Of a stretch of 64,000 nt of DNA, positions 28,701 to 39,064 are shown piece by piece; position 1 is the stretch's first letter; each line of letters opens with the position of its first letter. Both the position numbers and the translations under genes were made by a program. Below the pieces are notes generated by a model. The model saw nothing but the letters and a program-made list of their open reading frames with translations, did not search any database and had not been told where the DNA came from. The DNA comes from Laetmonice hystrix (Eukaryota): assembly GCA_965235115.1 (NCBI GenBank), contig OZ249441.1, forward strand, positions 11,904,001 to 11,968,000, read 5' to 3'.

Positions 28701-31700
28701 TGAGTTCAGTGACCTGACTCTATGTGGACCCAAGCAGCTTCCTCTTCACTTCTTACCAACTTGGAAAGATCTCATTTCCATGATAAAATGTACATCTAAA
28801 TTCTGGTATATACCCAGAGTGCCTGGCAAAGACATCACTCTTAGTCTTTTACATTGCTGGGTTATTAGCCTTCAAGGCCTGTGAATTAAATATTACTATT
28901 TTTATTTTAAACAGAACAATCTTCCACAGAAAATCTAGTGTTCAAGCAATTATTTCAGTTCATACTGGTCAATGCACTAATAATGCATTATAATGTCTAC
29001 TAACACAAGTTTACTAGATCTTTGCATCTCTATTAAGTAATAAGCATCTATTACCCAGTACATGACCCAAAAAAAGGCACAACAAACAAAACTCTTCAAG
29101 ACAGGTCTTAACAATTAACGCTTGAGCCAGTAGAATTGCATGCCATTTGGCTCTGACAGTGACATACACCCAGGCCAATCCAATACTTGTTAGCCAGTGT
29201 ACCATTGGCTGAGGCAGCAAGAAGATTAAACCTTAAAAGAAAATACCCTGGCAGGAACTGTGTAATCCATGTCAGGCTTTGAGTCTCAAGGTGTGTGCCA
29301 GGCTTTAAACTGCTTTAAGTCAGGTTGAAGAGAGTATGGGATTAGTATGAGTTTTTTGAGTCAGACAGGTGAGTCTAAGTGCATGTGTACCTGTCCCTTG
29401 TCACATGACTGAAGTTAACGTTGTCTGGATGAGGACAGTCAGGATCTATACATGAGGAGATTCACAATGGCAGAGGTTCACCTGAAGTTTCCCCGAAAAA
29501 GAATATTTCTCACCCTCCCTCCCATTGGGTGATCCAAAGTTATTAATTCATACTTGCTGGGTCATTGCACTATATGCTCATTTCAAGATCAGTTTCTTCT
29601 CAGAATCAAATGTCAGGTATCATTCTATAAGTAAATGGTTTTGAACTGCTCCTTATAGTAAATACATAAATTATCATAATTTTATAACATAAATTTTATC
29701 ACTTAGAATGTACTTGGTTCTGCCTGACCTGTTTGGCATTCCACCATGAAGTATATTTCACATTTATTTCTATCCCTTGCTGTCCTCACTCTTTTTTTTG
29801 TAATGGTTATTCCCCCATGACACAAAATTTTTGGGCAGGGTTCGGGTTAAGGTCAGGGATACAGGGCTCTCAAAAGTAGCTGGTCAGCAGCGCGGCAAAA
29901 TGCTGTCTAGAACCAGTTTTGTCACCACCTACTTTTTGTTGAATGACAAAAAATCTTTTTAACAATGTTCTTTTTTCACTTTCCTGCCTCAGCATGTACC
30001 GGTACAACATGTCAGTGATGACCAATTGCCCCTCTCAGATAGCAGGAAATTGCATCTCAGGGGGCATTTTTTCGAGGGAGGTCCCCAGACCCCTCCCCCT
30101 GAGGGTTGTACCCTGTTACTTCCTCTTCTGTACCCTGCTACTCCTGACAACTTTGAGAGCCCTAGGGATAGGATACGGATATGTTTTTGGGAGGTGTAGG
30201 GACCAGGGTAAGGGGTTAGGGATAAGGTCAGGCCTATGGATCTATATTCCAACCAAATTTCGTGGGGTTTAACTTATCATGGCTGATGCACCATTGTAAC
30301 TTCCCTATTGAAGCTCCATTAAGAGTTCAAATCCCATAGCCCAGGGAGTACGTTAGCGGCTGCCACGCTCGCAAACGCGAATACCTACCGCTTGTGGCGA
30401 GTTCCACTGCCAAAACAAACCAACAAATTCGCCACGCGTGCGAATTCCACTATCCCCCAGTTTATCTTTATAGCCCAGGTATCCCCCGGGAGTGCCGTTT
30501 CTCTCAAAGCCTGCACGCCTCATCCGCCACATGTATTGACTGTGCCGGTGATCAGGGACCATGGTGACCTATCCACCCAGCCCAGTCACTGCGCCAGGCC
30601 AGGGTTCCCCATATACGCACTGCCCAGGTCGGGCCAACCTCAGGGCCATGGCCCTCACTTCTCATGTCTGGGGTGACTTTGACAGATGCCAATCACCCTG
30701 TAGAAGTATAGTTTAAATGTTATCCCGATTACCTGGCAGGCTGAGTGTGCTGGGAGAGGCCAGGTGATACATAGCTTGGTTGAGGTCACATGGCATGAAG
30801 GTGGGGAGTCAGCTCGGCCCGCTTATTAGTATGGGGTGGGGTCAGGGTTATTAGGGGGGATCGCTGCAATAAGGGGTATATAGCCTAGGTATGGTAACCC
30901 TCAATGAGGGCCGGGCCCCCCACAATCCCAATTGGACATCCCAATATTCTTACTGAGAGGGCCACTTGTGTAGAGTTATCCTAGCTCTAGACAGCTCATT
31001 CCTTTAAAAAAAACTGTCACTACACACCTAGGCAGCAAATGACAGCGAATGAAAGTACCTTTCTTTTAAGAAACAGCAAACACTTTATAATATACAGAGA
31101 AATTAATATAATGAACTCTGGTTTATCGAAATAAAAAAAAAACATTTCCTTAACAATACTGTGGCTAAAACTTTTTCCGTGTGGCTAGTTCTTTTCCTCA
31201 GTTGTTAGCCACAGTTGTTGGCTAAGACCCAAAATTCCCTAGTGTACTCCCTGATAGCCTGTGCAGGCTCCTGCCCTGTCATCCTTCCTTTTATATTAAA
31301 CCTACAGCCAGTTGTATATTAGTCTAATTCTCAGTCTTTAAATCTAAGCTTGAATTACCCTGTTCAAGAACCACAAACAGGGAAAAGAGGATAAATTTTA
31401 ATACAATTGCTCAAAAAATAATTGGCTAATAACAATCGGATTACTTTGGCCTAAGATGTATGTTTTTAAATTTAATGTTTATAAATTTATCAGTTATGTT
31501 GTAGGCTGCAGTAGCTCAGTAGTAACCTCAGGCTCTGAGCTATAAACCTCAGGTTTGCAATCACACACCCTTTGGCCTCTGGCTCTGGAGTTTGGAGCCC
31601 CTTAGTCCTTAGGCTTACTCAGGCACCCTGCTAAAGAGTTTTTGTGTGTCACGCCCGACACTCTTAAATTATTGGCAACATGCTTGTATTTCTGCGGACG

Positions 31701-32476
31701 CATTTTTAGTTTCAGCGACACACTACTCAAAGCAAGCAAGACGCTATTAAAAATTAGTAACAACAATTCTAACTTGAAATCGATTATCGTCGTTTCAAGT
31801 TTTCCCCTGTGGTTCAGTCAAATGGAAATCGTGTGCCTGTCATCAACTTCTGGAAATTCAGTTTAAGCAGATTTATCCCTCCAGCTTATGGGGGCCTAGC
31901 CGGCCCCAAACCCCAGGCCATTAGGCCTGTGCGCACATGATAAAATATTTACCCATGGTTGGTAGCCCCCAAGGTGAGCACTTTATTTCTATCGGCCTAG
32001 ATACAGGTCTAGAGAGATCCCTGCAAGCTTACTCTCTCATCCGAGGAAGAACAGTTACTTTTCTCATTCTCCTTGAGTCTTATAATAGACTAGTAGTAGT
32101 AGGTATACTAACTTGTTATCTAAGTCAAAGTCAAAGATTTAGACTAAATTAGTCTATTACTAGGCTATTAGTATTAGCTTTTTCAAATCAAGGCCTCATT
32201 CCTGAATCAAAATGCTGTGCAGGGTCACATAAGTTCAGTCTAAGTCTTAGCAGGTTTAGTGAGGGACGAGGCGGGTTCAGGTCAGTTATTATGCTACTAC
32301 GGTGTACGAGTACGAGATCCTAGACCTAGGCCAGGCTAGGCCTAGGCTAAGGCTGGCCTTAGCCTAGGCTAGTACTACTACTAGTCGTGGCCAATGTGCA
32401 ATGAGTCCTACTCCTACTAGATCTAGTCCTAGTCCCAGGGCAGGGAGGTTTATCACTCATTCAATGCGTTACTTAC

Positions 32477-32730
32477 CCAGCAGCCACGACAATTCTGCTA
32501 ATTTATGTTTTCTGGTTGATGCCAGGTATGCCAGGAGTCCATCTGGTCACCTCTAAGGGCATGGTAACGCTCATCTTTGCTGCATTTGATAAAATTCCTC
32601 CTATTTAATCCACAGCTGACGAGGCCACTGTGCTGGATCCTTAGTGAAGTACCCAAGATGCACGGCGAGGCGATTCCGGTCTGGCTTGGCCAAATATGGA
32701 GTGGGCGTGGCAGAATGTGGTGCCACGCCT
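32477..32730 (-). other. Candidate non-coding 5' exon/promoter of the MAP3K
   Basis: Consensus minus-strand donor gtaagt at 32471-32476; GC-box/KLF-like GGGCGTGGC near 32703; contains a short uORF (MSVTMPLEVTRWTPGIPGINQKT*). 5' limit is uncertain. Confidence 0.4.
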
Positions 32731-33399
32731 CTAAATGACAGGCTTTTTGTTATCCCGCTAGGCGGCTAGCCCTCCAGCGAACTTAGGTTAGTAGGCTAGG
32801 CCTAAATTATAAATAGCTAGATAGCTGTCTCCTCCCGCTTTCCAATAAAGAAAATGAAATGTTATAATTTTGACTATCTAGTCCACAATATGTGATAGGT
32901 GCTTCCCCTTTCAGCACCTAGCCTAAGCTGGGCCAAGCATGATGGGCTTCCTTGAAAAAATGAATGATGTTAGACGGCCTACTGCCAGCTGGGGGGGGGG
33001 GGGTAAAGCAATGGCAGATCCAAGGGGGGGGGGCTAAGGCCAAGGGGGCTCCAGTCCCCCCCCCCCCTAAATTCTGAACGATGTTGTTTTTATCATATTT
33101 ATCATTTATTTTAGGCCTCGGCCTAATCCCCCCCCCCCCCATCCACTTTTTGTGAATGGTAAAAAGCCTTTGCAACATAATATCTATGGTAAGATATCCT
33201 CTTCAAATCGGCCTGCAAGGACGGGCACCAGTCTCGGTCACCCGACTCTCTTGCTGGCTCGGGCTGCTGAGGGTCTCAGCAAAGAGTGTCTACACTCTTT
33301 GGTCTCAGGGATGATCGAGACTGGGACGGACACGTGCCACTTGATCGTGCTGCCACCTGGCGAGACGCGATAAAACCATAGAACTAAACTTAGCACTGT

Positions 33400-33564
33400 T
33401 CACTCCGCCGCACTCCTGCACCCCGGCCCCCTAGCGGGAGGACAATGTAGCAGTGCTAACTGGAACGCCAGCTCGTGGCTGTCACTGTGGCTGAGGCTGC
33501 GCGACTCGCGTCTTCCGGTTACTAGCAAACCCGAAAACCTCGCGCGCAAAGGGACAGGAGCAAA
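33400..33564. promoter_or_regulatory. CpG-rich, probably bidirectional promoter (MAP3K / MGST3 exon 1a)
   Basis: CpG-rich; ETS core CTTCCGG at 33512-33518; E2F-like CGCGCGCAAA at 33541-33550, directly upstream of ATG 33565. Confidence 0.5.
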
Positions 33565-33693
33565 ATGAGGGTAGCTACGCTTGAGATTTATGCCGAATAT
33601 GGTTATGTTGTACTAGTGATGTGTCTGTCATGGGTCCTTTTGAATTGGCTTGCTTTTCAAGTGATGAAGGGCCGGAAAAAGTATGATGTGAAG
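33565..33693 (+). CDS. MGST3: MGST3 alternative first coding exon 1a (MRVATLEIYAEYGYVVLVMCLSWVLLNWLAFQVMKGRKKYDVK)
   Basis: ATG in aaaATGA context, 43 open codons, MGST3 TM1 signature EYGYVVL...RKKYDVK, consensus donor gtgagt in phase 0 matching exon 2 at 36550. Absent from the ORF track (<60 aa). Confidence 0.85.
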
Positions 33694-33771
33694 GTGAGTA
33701 GAACGCTAGTAGTATATAATTAATACTAGTATATAACTACTATAACTAGGCCTAATATAGGCCTATGCTAA

Positions 33772-33930
33772 GGGGCCGTTCAAAAATTACGTAGAGCTAT
33801 TTGGGCCAAATCTGACACCCCCCCCCCCAACCCCCCGTAACGCTCTGCAATCGTACTTCAACACTGTCCGTAACGTCTGGACATACACTCTCCCCCCCCC
33901 CCGAGCGTTACGTAATTTTTGAACGGCCCC
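33772..33930. mobile_element. PIF/Harbinger-like MITE, copy 1
   Basis: TIR GGGGCCGTTCAAAAATTACGTA; 3-bp TSD TAA/TAA. Confidence 0.8.
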
Positions 33931-34047
33931 TAATATTAATACCGATCCATACGCAATAAAATAATTGATAGGCCTAGTGTGTAAAACGGTGTCTTCCACA
34001 ACATGTAAGGACAAGGACTCTGGGGTACGTTTCTCATCTATCGTTAT

Positions 34048-34211
34048 GGGGCCGTTCAAAAATTACGTAACGCTATTTTGGGCCAAATCTGACACCCCGA
34101 CACCCCCCCGTAACGCTTTTCAATGGTACTTCAGCACTGTCCGTAACGTTTGGACATACACACCCCCCCCCCCCCCCCCCCCCGAGCGTTACGTAATTTT
34201 TGAACGGCCCC
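34048..34211. mobile_element. PIF/Harbinger-like MITE, copy 2
   Basis: Same TIR, near-identical interior to copy 1; 3-bp TSD TAT/TAT. Confidence 0.8.
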
Positions 34212-34449
34212 TATCCTGTCGTGCGTTAAAATCCCCATTGAAAATGCATTGGAGTTAACGATTCGACAAGCTATAACGAAATTATGAGAAACGCACTCTG
34301 GACTTGGTGGAGTAGACCCCCCCCCCACTTCTCAGGGGATGGTTTAGAGCCAGAATTTTCAATGTCTGCCTAAATGCCGCAATTTCTATCTCCAGATGCC
34401 GGGAAATAGAATTTTGGGGCCTTCTAAATTCAAAAATTTTCTGAGGAGG

Positions 34450-34628
34450 CAGGGTTTCCTGGAGATTTTCGACTTTTGGGGGGAATGGTGCGAGTTTGGG
34501 GGGGAGAGAGTAATGCAAAATATTTCCCTCTGGAAATTTTTTTTGGGGGGGAGTAGCTGAATAATGGGGGGGGGGGGTGGGGGTGGGGGGGGGAGTCTCC
34601 CCCAAAAAAGGGCCTGCAGGAAACCCTG
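34450..34628. mobile_element. MITE, CAGGGTTTCCTG family (copy 1)
   Basis: Perfect 12-bp TIR CAGGGTTTCCTG/CAGGAAACCCTG with a poly-G interior; no clear TSD. Confidence 0.7.
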
Positions 34629-34723
34629 CTGGAGGGCCCCCGCACGTGGTCACCTTGCACCCTCAGTGCTTGAGGGCACTCCCTTTCATGCAGTGCTGGT
34701 CCACCCCTCAGGCCCTGATATCT

Positions 34724-34941
34724 CAGGTGTGAATCCAGGGGGTGAATAGGGTGGCTAGCCACCCCCCTTCAATTTTCAAGCCTTTTTTTTTGCTGGTAAT
34801 TTAATGCAGTATTTTTTGCACCTTAAATTAAAAAAATTTTGGGGTGTCCCGGACCCCCCTAGCAAGGCTTCAGGCCTTTGGCACTCGACCTGTCCAAGGC
34901 TCCTAGCCACCCCCCTTGAAAAAGTCCTAGATCCGCGCCTG
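34724..34941. mobile_element. MITE, CAGGCGCGGATCCAGG-type
   Basis: Imperfect TIR caggtgtgaatccagg / cctagatccgcgcctg; internal direct repeat ctagccacccccctt. Confidence 0.55.
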
Positions 34942-36281
34942 GATTATCTCCCCCCCCCCCCCTACACACACATAAACTTTTTTTCACGTTCCTACGTCAT
35001 TGATAGTATATCACTGCTGCAAACAGGTTTCACCAACTTACTTGGTGGTCAGACCAGACCAGTAAATCCAGATACTTAGTGGTCCACCTGAAATTTTGGT
35101 GGTCCGACCTGACAACGAAAGAGGACCCCCTCCCCCTTCAGTTGGCCAAGCATATTTTTTTAGCAGCATTGTAATGTGACCATGTTACATTGTTTGGCTG
35201 CGTGAATAATTGATGTTCCTTTGGTTAAAATAACTTTGTTGTTATTTCAAGTCAGAATTTTAGGATTAGTTTTATAAATGCCTATTTTTAAAAGACTGTG
35301 CCCCTCCTTTTTTAAAATAAAATCCTGGATCCGTGTATCCCTGTGTATAGAGTAATAACGGCAGGCATTAGAGAGCACTTGTGGTAGAACATGGCATAGT
35401 GGAGGACATACAAGTTACAACATTTCTGCAAATCAGACATTTTGGCCTACTCTACTACAACCTGATACTTCAGTCCTCACAGCCAATGGCAAAGCTTACA
35501 CATAGGCTAATGGGCCAGGGTAGATCCAGGAATTTGAAAAAAAGGAACCCAAACAGAATGTACACCAACAAAACTGGTGTAAAGACGAATGGTGGAAATG
35601 ACATAGTGAGGTCAAAATGAAATGTTTCATTTTCATTTCTTGCTGTTATCTGCTTCAAAGGAAATACACCAGGTGGCAGGATCGAAGCACTAAAAGCTTG
35701 AAAATGTAGGCTAATATCAAATGCCTTCGACAGTCTATCTTTTCAAGTACCAGATAGCCTAATCAGGTTTCAAATGATCATGTATGCACATTATACTTTT
35801 CATTTTGATACTCTTCAATACATGAAAGACTTTATATTTGGAGGAGGGGGGGTTCAGAGTGGTAGAACTGATAATAGTGTGCAAAGGAGTTGTCTATTAA
35901 AAAGATTTTCGAATTAGACTAGTCTATACTTTAGGTCGTTTAGGCATCGTGGAGTAGAATTGTAAGTGCTCCTTTAATGGAGATGATGCTTGGTCATGGT
36001 CTGTGACTGAGCCTCTTTCATTGGCTTAGAGCAAACTTGTCCACAGTCAAGGTGCATCTAAAAGTGGGGTGCTCAAACTTTGGAACAGGGTCTGAATATC
36101 ACATCACTTGCCCTACTGCCTTACTTAGAGAGCCAATGGAAATTGGTCTTATTAGACCCTGGCCATAAGTCAGTGAGCCTATTTTGAGCTCGGTGTAGCC
36201 TGGAGGACACTCCCCTCACCTGAATCTACCTGTTTAGGGCACATTCACTGTCAGATTTGATTCATTTAAAAGGTTGTTAGA

Positions 36282-37712
36282 ATGCAGCAGCACGTCTTGG
36301 TTGATGCCAGCTATGGCTATGTGGTGCTGGTGGCACTTGCTTCAGTCTTTCTGTTGTATTACCTGGGAATTAAAGTAGGCATGGCTAGGAAAAAATATGG
36401 TGTCAAGGTAAGTGGTGAGGAAAATTTTAACATTTCTGAAAAGAAACCAAATCGCAGTAATTTTACTTATGTTTTGCCAAATCTAAATTCTACTGACCTA
36501 TTTTTCCTGTGTATGAATCTTTATATATGTATGTTTTGTATGTTTGCAGTACCCAGCCATGTACAGTGATAAGGATCCATTGTTTAACTGCATTCAAAGG
36601 GCACATCAAAACACGTGAGTTATGGAATGTTGTGTCTGACCCAGAATAAAGCTGTATGGCAGATGTTTTAGCACATGATTAAATGTGGTGCACCTCTTCA
36701 GTGGAGCAATGTTGCCAACCTTTTGGAGTATGAAATCTGACTAGCAACTAATTATCCTGTCTACATCCAGCATTTATCTTTATCCTGACAAGTGTGATGT
36801 TTTGACTGCTGAAAGGGCCCATTTCCTTATGTTCCTACAGAATTGAGAACTACCCAATCTTCCTTGTCATGCTGCTTATCGGTGGACTGCAGTACCCAGT
36901 AGGTATCAAACAAGGCCGTATACATGTACAGCGATGTCTCTGTGCTTTGCCTACATCATGAAATAATGGTTTTTGAGGAGGGGGAAAATCTATGATTCCT
37001 CGATTAGTCAAATTTGTCTTGACAGTAACTGTTGTTTAGCAGTATGATACAGCTATGAAGGGCAATGAAAATCTCTCTCTACAGGGTTTCCTGGAAGATT
37101 TCACCTTTTTTTGGGGGGGGGGGGGGAGTTGAATGGGACTGGGGGGGGGGGACCTAGGGTTGAGCAGTTTGAAAAAATAACATCCGAAAACTTGGGGGGG
37201 GGGGGGTAAGTGAATTTGGGGGGTTCCCCACCCAAAAACGGGCCTGCAGGAAACACTGCTCGAATAACCTGACTTGACCTTTTTCAGAGATTGGTCGCCC
37301 TCTGTGGAATGGTGTGGATACTGAGTCGTGTTGTGTATGCTAAGGGCTACTACACTGGAGGTAGGTGATCTTTCTCACACAGAGAATTCAGGAGTGAACA
37401 GTAACCAATTTTAACAAGAAGTCATAAGTTCAGTGGTGGTTGTGGAGTGTGCTGAATTTAAGATACAAAGCTTGGTCCATTGGTACAAGTCTTGCTGTAT
37501 GAATTCATAAATACATCACACCTTATAAATTATTGGTATAGTAGGCCTGTAGTAGGAGTTTGATGTGTTAAATGGTGATGTGCATATTTGAAAAAAGCTT
37601 TGTTGCTTCAGATCCAGAGAAGCGGAACCGTGGTGCATTTGGATACATTGGTTTACTGACCATGCTTGGCTCGACCATCTCTTTTGCTCTGCACCTTCTG
37701 GGCTGGCTGTAA
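36282..37712 (+). CDS. MGST3: Microsomal glutathione S-transferase 3 (MAPEG family), isoform with exon 1b, 140 aa
   Basis: join(36282-36407, 36550-36614, 36841-36898, 37288-37360, 37612-37712), phase-consistent. Motifs YGYVVL, ARKKYGVKYPAMYS, FNCIQRAHQNTIENYP, YAKGYYTGDPEKRNRGAFG. AATAAA at 38099-38104. Confidence 0.95.
37082..37258. mobile_element. MITE, CAGGGTTTCCTG family (copy 2), in MGST3 intron 3
   Basis: TIR cagggtttcctg / caggaaacactg; flanks ctcta / ctcga (4 of 5 match, compatible with an aged 5-bp TSD). Confidence 0.65.
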
Positions 37713-39064
37713 GATTGATTGCCAAGTGAAGACCTTAAACAATATTTCAGAACAGCTACAGCTATCATAAGGAAAAAACAACCAGTTATAGCATTTTTCC
37801 CATTGACTTGTCTTGTTTTGGTTCGGAAAGAACCAGATGAATTTAAGAGAGTCTGTTAGTATCGTTACCGTAATTGCTATCTAGCAGAGAACATGCAAGA
37901 TATCGAGTTGTAAAGACACCATGTATGTGAAGTTCTACATGCACCATTAGTCTAATCGTTACTTTAGGTGGTGCTGCAGGTACATGTTCTTGCCCGATTT
38001 ATTTGTCATAGTGCCATGCCACCGGCACCCCAGCCCCCTTTTTTTTGTAGGGTTCACCTACCGTATCACCCCCAAAAAAACCTTGTATAGTAAATGTGAA
38101 TAAAGATTTTATAGAAGGATGGCAACTGTTACCGTTTCTTGTTTCATGGGGATAATGTCTAACAAGATGTCCAAGTTAAAAGACAAGTTATACATAAAAA
38201 AATAAGCCTGTTCCTACCTGTCCCTACCATCGTGTCTAAGGTATGTTTGAGATCATCTGTAGTATCAAACGGGTTCAAGGGAAGCACGTCTCCCTGGTTT
38301 TCGTTTGAAAATGATCAATAAATAGCCATCGTCCCTTAACACCGATCTGACATTTGAATTTGAGAGGGGAATGCAGGGCTGTAAATTGCATTAAGGCAGC
38401 CAAGGCAGCTGCCATGGCTAAATTTCCAACAAAAAATTTTCCTCTTAGACCCCTCACAGACCCCCTAAATTTGCGACTATCACGAGCAAACAGACTTAAT
38501 AAAATAGTGTCACGGATGTACAAAGGAACACCCCCTAAGCTTCTGGGAAAGATTTTTTTTTTTAAATTTAAAAGATTTTTTTTTTTTAAATAAGTGTGTC
38601 TTCTAGTATCTTTCAGAAACTTCCGTTTGCTTCATACCATAAGCGACTCACGACTCAAATTATCCATGTCTGATGATAAATAAAACTCCCCCTCCAGCCT
38701 GAAAATCAATCTGAAGCCACAATGTAAGAACTTAAAGACAAAATTCGTGGTCCACATATTTTTTAATCGATATATTACAAGTTGTCAACATCACCATACT
38801 TCTATGCTGTCTCAAATTATAGCCAGTTGCCCTGGTTTCAGATGTTCATGCAGGCAATCTATCAGTTACTCAGATGATGTAAAGTTCAGCTAAACAGGTT
38901 TCAGCTGCAGAATATCCAACATATTGTACAAGGCTTCAGCTAACTGTCATGTTTCAGGTACAGCATGAGGTTTCATTACTCGGTGGTTTGGAGTATTACA
39001 TCCTCCTGCCAGATTTCACCGATGTTAGAAGACCGATCCTGTAGTTGGTAGAGCAAGTCGTACC

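Noticed and set aside
31500-31570. tRNA-derived SINE-like head (gtagctcagtag…aggtttgcaatc); similar weak cases near 7395-7445 and 62705-62752
   Set aside because: Boxes are too degenerate, with no tail or TSD; cannot be supported without a repeat library.
32477-32574. Coding N-terminal extension exon for the MAP3K
   Set aside because: The frame from ATG 32574 stops (…NQKT*) before the donor; treated as a 5' UTR exon with a uORF.
33787-35079. Gly/Pro-rich ORFs in MGST3 intron 1
   Set aside because: They overlap MITEs and poly-G/poly-C runs.
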